Shown here in pieces: positions 30,772 through 39,325 of a DNA stretch of 64,000 nt. A model generated the notes under the pieces. It saw only the letters and a list, made by a program, of their open reading frames with translations, had not been told where the DNA came from and did no database searches. The translations under genes and the position numbers were made by a program. Each line of letters opens with the position of its first letter. Within the stretch, counting starts at the first letter, position 1. Source of the DNA: Candidatus Falkowbacteria bacterium RIFCSPLOWO2_12_FULL_45_13 (GTDB taxonomy: Bacteria > Patescibacteriota > Patescibacteriia > Patescibacteriales > GWC2-42-12); contig MFFY01000061.1 in the NCBI GenBank assembly GCA_001778055.1, positions 515 to 64,514 on the forward strand. The letters are read 5' to 3'.

Positions 30772-30870
30772 GCCTGCCTCGCTCGCCGTTTTATTGTTTA
30801 TTAATCATAAATGTTCGTTAGATATTATCAGCGATTATTAACAGACAAATTAACGCGAGGCGGGCCGGGG
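30772..30870. repeat. ~100-bp dispersed element, copy 2, inside a heptamer array
   Basis: Homologous to 23178-23276 in opposite orientation. Confidence 0.8.
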
Positions 30871-30906
30871 AGATTTACATTTTGCATTTCTAAACAAAAA
30901 GATAAT

Positions 30907-32034
30907 TTACAACAACTTCTTTTTTCCAATATACTCGCATAAATCCGCCAATCGGCAGGAATAGCCCCACTCGTTATCATACCAAGCGATTATTTTCAAA
31001 AGATCGCCGTCAATAACCTTGGTTAAAGGCAAATCAACGATGGCGCTGTTTGCGTTGCCGATAAAATCGGAAGAAACCAGCGGTTCTTCCGTTACCGCCA
31101 CGTAACCTTTATAATCGCCGGCCGCGGCTTTTTTTATCGCTTGATTAACCGCCTCGGCGGTAACCGATTTTTCCGTAAGATACACGATATCGCACAAGGA
31201 CACCACCGGCGTGGGCAGGCGCAAGGCCAGGCCATCAAATTTTCCGGCCAGCTCCGGAATAGTTTTAGCCGTGGCTTTGGCCGCGCCGGTCGTGGTCGGC
31301 ACGATATTTAGGCCGGCCGCGCGAGCTCGGCGCAAATCCTTATGCGGCCCGTCCACTAAATTTTGACCAGCCGTATAAGAATGCGCGGTAGACATAATGG
31401 CCTTTTTAACGCCGAAATTGTCTCTAACTATTTTCGTTACCGGAGCCAAACAATTGGTGGTGCAGGAAGCCATGGAAATAATTTTGTCATCTTTAGTTAA
31501 ATCTTTTTCATTAACCGACAAAACAATAGTTTTAATAGCCTCTCCCCCTGACAAGAGGGAGCTGGAGGGGGTTTTTTCTTTAGCGGGCTTGCCCGCCGTA
31601 GCTTTTTTATCCGCCAAAGCCTTGGCGTCGGCGGAAGCGGAGGCGGGCGCCGACAAAATCACTTTTGTAGCACCGGCTTCAAGATGCTGTCCGGCGCCAA
31701 GCGCGTCCAGAAATCTGCCGGTGCATTCCAAAACAATATCCACCTTCAGTTTACCCCAGGGCAATCTGGCCGGCTCTTTTTCCTTGAGCACCCGATATTT
31801 TTTACCGCCAACCATCAAATTATCGGCTTCTGCCGCAACTTTTTTTTCATAAGTTCCATAACAGCTATCGTGCTGTAAGAGATGCGCCAGCGTCTTGGTG
31901 TCCGTCAAATCATTTATTGCCGCCACATTTATCCCCTTTTTATTTAACAAGGCTTTAAAAGCGGCCCGGCCGATCCGGCCGAAGCCATTGATGGCGATGT
32001 TCACCCCGTTAGATATTGGCATATATTTTTTCAT
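30907..32034 (-). CDS. gap: Glyceraldehyde-3-phosphate dehydrogenase, type I
   Basis: INGFGRIGR, ASCTTNCLAP, PTTTGAA, WYDNEWGYS. Confidence 0.98.
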   Translation of the reverse strand: MKKYMPISNGVNIAINGFGRIGRAAFKALLNKKGINVAAINDLTDTKTLAHLLQHDSCYGTYEKKVAAEADNLMVGGKKYRVLKEKEPARLPWGKLKVDIVLECTGRFLDALGAGQHLEAGATKVILSAPASASADAKALADKKATAGKPAKEKTPSSSLLSGGEAIKTIVLSVNEKDLTKDDKIISMASCTTNCLAPVTKIVRDNFGVKKAIMSTAHSYTAGQNLVDGPHKDLRRARAAGLNIVPTTTGAAKATAKTIPELAGKFDGLALRLPTPVVSLCDIVYLTEKSVTAEAVNQAIKKAAAGDYKGYVAVTEEPLVSSDFIGNANSAIVDLPLTKVIDGDLLKIIAWYDNEWGYSCRLADLCEYIGKKKLL

Positions 32035-32069
32035 GATCTCCGCCAGACCCTAATATCTAACGGGGTTCA
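32000..32069. mobile_element. 62-bp MITE with TTCA/TGAA duplication at the gap start
   Basis: TTCA-CCCCGTTAGATATT...AATATCTAACGGGG-TTCA. Confidence 0.8.
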
Positions 32070-32205
32070 TATTTTTTAGGTTAAAAGTTATGAAATTATT
32101 ATATCATATTAAAGCCCACTTTAACAAAGGTGATCGTTTTGTCCCCCTTCCAAAGTCCTTAATTTATGTCCAGCAAATTAAATAATTTTTACTTAAATTA
32201 CAATA

Positions 32206-32233
32206 AAAAAAACAGCTTCAAGCTGTTTTTTTT
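32206..32233. terminator. intrinsic terminator after the PSP1 gene
   Basis: A-run CAGCTT-C-AAGCTG T-run. Confidence 0.7.
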
Positions 32234-32243
32234 TCCGCTCTAA

Positions 32244-33152
32244 CTATCTTATCGGCTTTACTTTCCCCGCCTCCACCTCAACCACACCGCCCGTCTCGCC
32301 GTTGCCAGCTTCAAAGAAAACGCTGACAGTCTGCTTTAAGATATGCTGGGCCACTACCCGGCCCTGCCGGCCTTCAAATTTTACTTCGCTGTCCAGGGGC
32401 GGTAATTTCTCGGCCAGCTTTTTATAGCCCGCCTCTTCAAAAGACAAACAGCACATCAGCCGGCCGCAAACGCCGGAGATTCTTTCCGAGCCGCGGTGCG
32501 CGCATTGCTGCAACTCGGCCATTTCCGAAGTTATGGAATTAAGCTCGCCCAAAAATCGCCCGCAGCATAGCGGCCGACCGCAATGGCCGAAATCGCCGCA
32601 GTGCCTGGCTTCATCGCGAATGCCGATTTGCTGCAATCTTATATTGCGGCCGAAATACTTAGTCAGTTCTTTAACCAGCTCCCTAAAATCTATCCTGGAA
32701 TCGGCAATGAAAGGGAAGGTGATCCTTGAATCGTCAAACGAATAATGCACATCCACCAATTTCATGGGCAATTGATGTTTGGCGATAACCATTTTACAAT
32801 AATCAAAATCTTCTTTTGACTGCTGGGCGCTTGGCAATTTCTCCAAATCGGCCGTGGCCGCTTTACTTATAATTTTTTTTATTTCACCCGGCGCCGGGCT
32901 GGCTGAAGGAGTTCGCTCCGCCTTTGTCCCGATCCCTGGAAAAAGAGCGTCTGCCGTGCCGGCCGGCATTTTGGCCGGCTTCAGCGAATCGGCACCCGCA
33001 ACCGGCCAATCAGTAAAGCCCGTCACCTTGCCCAATTCCAAGCCCAGTTCAGTTTCAACGATCACCTGGTCGCCAACTTCCAAAATTAAATCAGCCGGAT
33101 CAAAATTATACTTCTTGTCCCAAGGGGCGAATTGTACCTGGGCTACCTTCAT
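32244..33152 (-). CDS. PSP1 / RicT (YaaT)-family protein (start moved to MKVAQV)
   Basis: RIDFRELVKEL, QIGIRDEA, CGRPLCC, SGVCGRLMCCL; the annotated N-terminal extension lies in a repeat. Confidence 0.92.
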   Translation of the reverse strand: MKVAQVQFAPWDKKYNFDPADLILEVGDQVIVETELGLELGKVTGFTDWPVAGADSLKPAKMPAGTADALFPGIGTKAERTPSASPAPGEIKKIISKAATADLEKLPSAQQSKEDFDYCKMVIAKHQLPMKLVDVHYSFDDSRITFPFIADSRIDFRELVKELTKYFGRNIRLQQIGIRDEARHCGDFGHCGRPLCCGRFLGELNSITSEMAELQQCAHRGSERISGVCGRLMCCLSFEEAGYKKLAEKLPPLDSEVKFEGRQGRVVAQHILKQTVSVFFEAGNGETGGVVEVEAGKVKPIR

Positions 33153-33163
33153 AGAATAGCAAT

Positions 33164-33324
33164 TGTCATTGCGATGATGCAGCTCCAGTTTCTTAAACTG
33201 GGGCTGGAGACGAAGCAATCTCACGAACATCTAAGCACAAAGTACTAGGCAAAAGGAATTTTTAGTACAAGCAAGATATGCGTGAGATTGCTTCCCCCGG
33301 CTTAAGGCCGGGGTCGCAATGACA
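33164..33324. repeat. TGTCATTGCGA element, copy 3
   Basis: Same terminal repeats and GAAGCAATCTCACG/CGTGAGATTGCTTC arms. Confidence 0.88.
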
Positions 33325-33341
33325 ATCAAAAATTTAAAAAT

Positions 33342-34193
33342 TTACAAACTGTACCTAACAAACTTTTCTGCTTTCACCCCGCCCAAAATATCTTCAACGC
33401 TCTTCTTGTCGTCCTTAATATACTCCTGTTTAACCAAGCAAACTTCTTCGTAAAATTTATTCAACTTACCGGCGATAATTTTATCGATCATATTTTCCGG
33501 CTTGCCTTCTTTCAGGAGTTGCGCCCGATAAATTTCTTTTTCTTTGGCGATTTCCCCCGGGCTGACATCTTCGGGTTTGATATATTTTGGATTGGCGGCC
33601 GCGATTTGCATGGCCACATTATAGGCTAAACTGCTTTGTCCGGCTTTATCCAGGGCGGCTAAAACGCCGATTCTTCCGCCGGCATGCGTATAACAGGCCA
33701 CCGTTCCGGCGGACGACAGAATGTCGTACTTTTTAATCTCAAGTTTTTCACCGATGGTCCCGCTTAAAGCAGCCAACCTCTCTCCAACAGTTTCTTCTCT
33801 ATTTAACGGAGTGTTACCAGACAAGCTAACCATATAATCACTTAACTTTATCCGGAGCAATTCTTTTTGGCTTTTTGGCTTTTTTGTTTCTATAATTTTC
33901 AAGACTAAATCAGCGAACCCTTTAAATTGTTCGTTCCGCGCCACAAAATCAGTTTCCGAATTCATCTCTAAAATGTAGCCTTCATTCCCCGCTTTATTTG
34001 TATCAACCAGAATCACGCCTTCGCCGGCCTCGCGATCGCTTCTTTTGGCCGCTTTGGCAATGCCCTTTTTTCTTAAAATTTCAATGGCTTTTTCAATTTC
34101 GCCGCCGGCTTCGTCCAGGGCAATTTTACAATCAGCCATGCCTGCCCCGCTCTTTTCTCTCAGCAATTTTAATAATCGAGATTTATTTTCCAT
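33342..34193 (-). CDS. tsf: Elongation factor Ts
   Basis: LREKSGAGMADCK, NSETDFVARN, AMQIAA, GKPENMIDKI. Confidence 0.98.
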   Translation of the reverse strand: MENKSRLLKLLREKSGAGMADCKIALDEAGGEIEKAIEILRKKGIAKAAKRSDREAGEGVILVDTNKAGNEGYILEMNSETDFVARNEQFKGFADLVLKIIETKKPKSQKELLRIKLSDYMVSLSGNTPLNREETVGERLAALSGTIGEKLEIKKYDILSSAGTVACYTHAGGRIGVLAALDKAGQSSLAYNVAMQIAAANPKYIKPEDVSPGEIAKEKEIYRAQLLKEGKPENMIDKIIAGKLNKFYEEVCLVKQEYIKDDKKSVEDILGGVKAEKFVRYSL

Positions 34194-34309
34194 ATGTTTA
34201 TAAATTTAATTATTATTTTAAAAGTAAAAGAAAAGTTGCGGGGACTGCCCCGGTTCTTTCTCGCAATATTTTTAATTTCTCCATAAAATTCTACAATTAA
34301 ATAAATTTT

Positions 34310-34360
34310 TAGGACTTACGCGGTTGACTGAACGAAGGTTTTTCAAACGCATAAGTTCTA
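34310..34360. mobile_element. MITE-like TAGGACTTACGC element, copy 2
   Basis: Reverse-complement homologue of 15844-15889. Confidence 0.75.
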
Positions 34361-34459
34361 ATTTTTATAAATTTCGGAAGTTTGCTCCCCCGAGTCAAAC
34401 GCGAAATTGCGAAGTTTATAGGAATTGATGGAAGTTTACTATTTTATTCATCAAACAAT

Positions 34460-35164
34460 TTATTTGTCTTCTTTCTTTTGTCCCTCGGCTTTGCCTTCCA
34501 AAATCGCCTCTTTGATCAAGTCCATCACCAGTTTAATGCCCTTGGTCGCGTCATCGTTGGCCGGGATTACGAATTTCACCCCCTCCGGGTTAACGTTGGT
34601 GTCGCAGACCGCCACCACCGGAATTTTTTTCTGAATGGCTTCGGTAAAAGCGGTTTTTTCCTTTTTTATGTCCCAAATAAAAATTACATCCGGCGCCTTG
34701 ATTAAGCTAACCAGGCCGCCAACGTTGGTTTCCAGTTTGGCGATTAAGCGATCAAAATCCAGCCTTTCTTTTTTAGTGTATTTATCCAATTTCCCGCTCT
34801 GTCTTTTTTCCACCAAGTCTTTAAATTTTCTGACCAGATTTCTGATCACGGCGAAGTTGGTTAACAGCCCGCCCAGCCATCTTTCCGACACATAAGGCAT
34901 GCCTGCTTCCTCGGCGATTTTTTTCAGCGTGTTTTTGACTTGCATCTTTGTTCCCACCAATAAAATCGCCTTGCCTTCTTGGGCTTGTTTTTTTAAATAA
35001 TCTAAAGCGGCGCCCAGCAGATTTTGAGTTTTTCTAAGATCAATGATATGAATGCCCTTTCTTGAACCAAAAATAAAAGGCTCCATTTTCGGATGCCATT
35101 TTGAAGTGCGATGCCCAAAATGCATTCCAGCTTTAAGCATCTCTTCGATTGAAGGTAAGGTCAT
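34460..35164 (-). CDS. rpsB: 30S ribosomal protein S2
   Basis: AGMHFGH, WHPKM, RWLGGLLTNF, IPANDDA. Confidence 0.98.
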   Translation of the reverse strand: MTLPSIEEMLKAGMHFGHRTSKWHPKMEPFIFGSRKGIHIIDLRKTQNLLGAALDYLKKQAQEGKAILLVGTKMQVKNTLKKIAEEAGMPYVSERWLGGLLTNFAVIRNLVRKFKDLVEKRQSGKLDKYTKKERLDFDRLIAKLETNVGGLVSLIKAPDVIFIWDIKKEKTAFTEAIQKKIPVVAVCDTNVNPEGVKFVIPANDDATKGIKLVMDLIKEAILEGKAEGQKKEDK

Positions 35165-35180
35165 AATTGTTTTCCTTTTC

Positions 35181-35399
35181 TCCAGCCCCAGTTTTTATGG
35201 ATAAACGAAAAGCTTAAAACTAATCAACGACGACTCAAACTCAAAATATGGTCAATTTTTCCACGAAAACTGGAGCTGGGTTAGCCTCTACTCCGAATCG
35301 TCCAGACCCAGTTTCCGCGAATAATAATCGAGAACTGTCTGATCGGCAGTTTCCATATATTCAATAATAGCAAATTATTTTTGGAAACTGGGGCTGGAC
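35181..35399. repeat. two ~100-bp elements with CCAG(C/A)CCCAGTTT inverted ends in the rpsB leader
   Basis: 35181-35280 and 35300-35399 each bounded by CCAG.CCCAGTTT / AAACTGG.GCTGG. Confidence 0.8.
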
Positions 35400-35709
35400 A
35401 AGGAAATTTAATGGAGTATGAGAGATTAATTTAATAAAAATTTATTCCCACCTGCTGGCAAACAAATACCTTTAGCAGGTTATTTTAACCACAAAAATAG
35501 ACTATAATATTATTTAGGGTTTGTCAACCTCAAAAACGAAAATTCCTTAGCCGCTTTGTCTGACGACAGCACCTCAAATTTTCATCCTGTTAACAGGAGT
35601 TTAATTCTCCTAAAAGCCCATCTTGGTATTTTTCGTTACGGGATTTAAAAAAGCCCGACAAACTCCGAATAATCGGCTGTCGAGCTTAGACGGAAAGGGA
35701 GGATTCCTC

Positions 35710-35961
35710 TTATTCTCCCTCTCCTTGCAGGTATTCGTAGGTGTACCCGACAATGGTACTCACTTTCCACCCGTGCCGGGGAGCAAAACGTTTCGGAATA
35801 GGTCTCCCGATGCGTACCGCGATTTGCCCAAAGAGCTGGTCAGCCTCCCCCTTTTTAAGCTCCGTGCTGTCATTGACATTTGTAATGAGCCACCCTCTGG
35901 ACTCTGCCACCATGCTCTGCACGAGCATCCGAATACGTCCTTTCGTAATGGCGTTATTCAT
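35710..35961 (-). CDS. hypothetical protein, 83 aa
   Basis: AAAGGAAAG upstream of ATG; hairpin plus T-run downstream (35647-35687). Confidence 0.55.
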   Translation of the reverse strand: MNNAITKGRIRMLVQSMVAESRGWLITNVNDSTELKKGEADQLFGQIAVRIGRPIPKRFAPRHGWKVSTIVGYTYEYLQGEGE

Positions 35962-36060
35962 TTCTTTCCTTTCTCGTTTGTTCTTCGCGCCATTGCGGAG
36001 AAACCTTGATTTAAATGATATGTTTTATTCGTCTTTTTGTCAACATCTTTTTGTCAACTC

Positions 36061-36089
36061 TTGCCAAAAATAATTTTATATGTTAAGGT
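36061..36089 (+). promoter_or_regulatory. sigma70-like promoter
   Basis: TTGCCA-17 nt-TAAGGT with extended -10 TG. Confidence 0.55.
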
Positions 36090-36110
36090 AAAATCTGACA
36101 AATAAAACAA

Positions 36111-36647
36111 GGCTTGTGAATTTCATCAAGGAAAATTCGCTTACCGGGCGGTACTGGCGCGAAGCCATGTCATTAAAAGACTATACCTCGTTCAAATTAT
36201 TTTAAGGGAGGTAGACATGCTCCCCATGCTTTCCGGTAAGCGTCGATCTTTTTAAGCTTGGGTCTGGTTTTGGCGGAACGGTAGACGCACGGACATAGTC
36301 CGGTATGCCACAAGTTGGATTTAACGACATGTCAAGCCCGCATAGCTTGTGCCATTGTGGGTTCAACTCCCATAAGCTAGACCAATTTGGGCCAACGGAT
36401 GACTTTCGAATTTACTGCTAGGGGGTAGCGACCATCCCCGGACAAAACGCATAGTCAGATCCGATCTGACTCCCAAGGGTTCATACCCCAAGGGATATGC
36501 GCGGGTAAATCCGATTGTCTATCCGCTGGCCCCTAATTTGTGAGCATTGATTGCCGATCCTCCCGTCCACGCCCTGACAAAGTGGCCGACAGAAAAGGAC
36601 ATGGCAGGCTGACTCAATGCTCACTTCCTTAATTAAGCTCACAAGCC
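36111..36647 (+). ncRNA. candidate large multi-domain structured RNA
   Basis: GGCTTGTGA/TCACAAGCC outer pairing encloses four self-closed modules; no ORF. Confidence 0.7.
36264..36384 (+). ncRNA. tRNA-like RNA with Leu-type D arm, 3-nt loop in place of the anticodon loop, 54-nt variable arm and ACCA end
   Basis: CTGGTTT/AAGCTAG acceptor, TGGCGGAACGGTAGACGC, CGGAC-ATA-GTCCG, GTGGG-TTCAACT-CCCAT. Confidence 0.8.
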
Positions 36648-36761
36648 GTAAAAAAAATTCACCAAAAATTATTTCGCAGTTTCGCGTATTTAATCGTTAC
36701 ATTATTCGCATATTCACGGCATTCGCTGTATTCGCTTTAAATTCGTTATTTATTCGTATTT

Positions 36762-37052
36762 ATGAAAAAAGATATTCATCCAAAATATTACCCCCAGGCT
36801 AAAGTAACCTGCGCCTGCGGCAACGCTTTTATTACCGGCTCAACCCTGCCGGAACTTAAAGTGGAAATCTGTTCCGCTTGCCATCCTTTTTATACCGGCA
36901 AACAAAAACTGATCGACAGCGCCCGCAGGGTAGAAAAATTTCAGGCCAAAGTTGAAGCCAAAAACAAAAATCTGGCCGTGCATAAGAATAAAAAGGCTAA
37001 ACGGGTGGCCAAAACCAAAGCCAAGGCGGCCAAAAAAACCGAAAAAAAGTAA
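36762..37052 (+). CDS. rpmE: 50S ribosomal protein L31 (Zn-binding type, basic tail)
   Basis: [25 protein letters not shown]. Confidence 0.97.
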   Translation: MKKDIHPKYYPQAKVTCACGNAFITGSTLPELKVEICSACHPFYTGKQKLIDSARRVEKFQAKVEAKNKNLAVHKNKKAKRVAKTKAKAAKKTEKK

Positions 37053-37156
37053 CCATCTTAAACGGTTATTCTTTTGATTATGCTATAATATGATTATGGC
37101 GTAATTAAGAGAATAACCGTTTTATTATAACGTAAAATTTCAATTTTAATTTTTTT

Positions 37157-38191
37157 ATGTACGAAGATATTAAAAAAAAATTCAGCGACTTAGAAACCGA
37201 GCTTCAAAATCCAGCCGTCATTTCCGACCCCAAAAAGCTGAAAACAATTTCAAAGCAGCATAGCGAACTCAAGTCTGCCATTGAGCTGATTTTAGAGTTA
37301 GAAAAGAACCAGACTCAACTGGAGCAAAATGAGGCGCTGGTGGAGAATGAATCCGACCGGGAATTGGTAAAAATCGCCAAAGACGAACTCCCGGAGTTAA
37401 AACGGCAAATCGATGAAGTAAAAAACAAGATAGAAGCTGAATTGCATCCGGCCGATCCCAATGATAAAAAAAATGTCATCATGGAAATCAGGGCGGGCGC
37501 GGGCGGCGACGAATCGTCTCTATTTACCGCCGAGCTGTTCCGTCTTTACGCGCGCTACGCCGAAAGGCGCGGCGCCAAAGTGGAAATTCTAAACTCCAAC
37601 CGCATCGGCATTGGCGGTTATAAAGAAATTATCTTCTCGGTGAGCGGAAAAAACGTTTACGGCGATTTAAAATACGAAGCGGGAACTCATCGGGTGCAGA
37701 GAGTGCCGGAAACCGAAAAAACCGGGCGCGTGCATACCAGCACCGTGACCGTGGCGGTCATGCCCGAAGCCGAAGAGATCGATCTGGCGATAAAGCCTCA
37801 AGACATAAAAGTTGACGCTTACTGCTCTTCCGGGCCGGGCGGCCAAAGCGTCAATACCACTTACTCGGCCATCAGGATAACCCATCTGCCGACCGGCCTG
37901 GTGGTAACCTGCCAAAACGAAAAATCCCAGCACCAAAACAAAGAACAGGCCATGCAAATCCTGCGTTCCCGGCTTTTGGCCAGGCTGGAAGACGAAAAAC
38001 GCGCCAAAGAATCGGCCGAAAGAAAACAGCAAATCGGCTCCGGCGACAGAAGCGAAAAAATCCGGACTTATAATTTCTCCCAAGACCGAGTAACCGACCA
38101 CCGCATTAAACGGAATTGGCATGGCATCTCAAGAATTATGGATGGCGATATCGGGGAAATAATCGCGGCGCTTAAAAATACGACGAAATAA
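37157..38191 (+). CDS. prfA: Peptide chain release factor 1
   Basis: [20 protein letters not shown] (PxT), [13 protein letters not shown]. Confidence 0.98.
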   Translation: MYEDIKKKFSDLETELQNPAVISDPKKLKTISKQHSELKSAIELILELEKNQTQLEQNEALVENESDRELVKIAKDELPELKRQIDEVKNKIEAELHPADPNDKKNVIMEIRAGAGGDESSLFTAELFRLYARYAERRGAKVEILNSNRIGIGGYKEIIFSVSGKNVYGDLKYEAGTHRVQRVPETEKTGRVHTSTVTVAVMPEAEEIDLAIKPQDIKVDAYCSSGPGGQSVNTTYSAIRITHLPTGLVVTCQNEKSQHQNKEQAMQILRSRLLARLEDEKRAKESAERKQQIGSGDRSEKIRTYNFSQDRVTDHRIKRNWHGISRIMDGDIGEIIAALKNTTK

Positions 38192-38195
38192 GCTT

Positions 38196-39248
38196 ATGAC
38201 CATCAGCCAGACTCTTAAATTTGCCACGGACAAATTAAGCGCCAAGAAAATAAAACTTCCGCTCCTTGAGGCGGAAATCTTATTATCCAGCATTTTAAAA
38301 AAACCGCGCGAGTTCCTTTTGACGCACCCCGAATATAATCTGACAGCCGAGCAAGTTTCCCGGTCTAAGTTTCAAATTTCCTGCCGTCTTAAAGGCGCGC
38401 CCATAGCCTATCTGACCGGCCATAAGGAATTCTACGGGCTGAATTTTAAGGTCAATAAAAACGTCTTAATCCCCCGCCCGGAAACGGAATTAATGGTTAA
38501 TGAAGCGCTCAAACTAATAATGCGCGACCCGCTACCCATGACACTCCTTGACATAGGCACTGGCTCGGGGTGCATTATTATTAGTTTAGTTAAAAATATA
38601 ATTTCCAAATTTCCTTCGCCAGCCGACGTATCAAATTTTGAATTTTTAGCCACAGACATCTCAAAATCAACTTTATCCATCGCCAAACAAAATGCCAAAC
38701 TACATGGTCTCAACAAAATAAAATTCATCCACGCTGATCTATTAAGTCCGTCGGTTAAATCGAAAATCGAAAATCTTCGCCAGAGGCGCCCTGCCCGCCG
38801 GCAGGCAGGGATCTCCGCCCAAGGCGGACCAGCCTCTGGCTGGCGCGACAAACTCTGGCGGAGAAAATCGAAAATCTTTTTGGCTAATCTGCCCTACGGC
38901 TGGAAAGCCTGGAAAAATAATTGCTCCCTGGACACGATTGGCCTGAAATTTGAGCCCGAGCAGGCGCTTTTTACCGGCGAAAACGGCTTGGAGCTCTATA
39001 AAAAATTGTTTAGACAAATAAAAAATTTAGCCATCCAACCTGCCGCCTGTCATATATTATGCGAATTTGACCCGCGGCAAACCGCGAAGATCAAACAGCT
39101 CATCAAACAAGAACTGCCTTGGGCCGAATGCCAAATAAAAAAAGACCTGGCCGGCCTTAATCGCTTGGCAATTGTAAGATACTGCCGCCGAATGCCGCAT
39201 TCGGCGGCAGTCCCATCACCACTTCCGCTTAACAATCACAACCAATAA
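38196..39248 (+). CDS. prmC: Release factor glutamine methyltransferase PrmC (with repeat inserts)
   Basis: VLIPRPETE, DIGTGSGC, ANLPY, EP..AL, KDLAG; follows prfA. Confidence 0.93.
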   Translation: MTISQTLKFATDKLSAKKIKLPLLEAEILLSSILKKPREFLLTHPEYNLTAEQVSRSKFQISCRLKGAPIAYLTGHKEFYGLNFKVNKNVLIPRPETELMVNEALKLIMRDPLPMTLLDIGTGSGCIIISLVKNIISKFPSPADVSNFEFLATDISKSTLSIAKQNAKLHGLNKIKFIHADLLSPSVKSKIENLRQRRPARRQAGISAQGGPASGWRDKLWRRKSKIFLANLPYGWKAWKNNCSLDTIGLKFEPEQALFTGENGLELYKKLFRQIKNLAIQPAACHILCEFDPRQTAKIKQLIKQELPWAECQIKKDLAGLNRLAIVRYCRRMPHSAAVPSPLPLNNHNQ

Positions 39249-39249
39249 T

Positions 39250-39280
39250 AAAACAGCCTCAACTATTATAAGGCTGTTTT
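39250..39280. terminator. bidirectional terminator between prmC and rplY
   Basis: AAAACAGCCT...AGGCTGTTTT between convergent genes. Confidence 0.7.
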
Positions 39281-39325
39281 ATTTAGCGGAGGTTATGCGC
39301 TCTGGCAAACGCTTCCGCGGCGGAA

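Noticed and set aside
36264-36384. tmRNA, tRNA-Sec or intron-containing tRNA
   Set aside because: No G3:U70 Ala acceptor or tag frame, no TCA anticodon, and the extra 54 nt lie in the variable arm and are far too short for a group I intron
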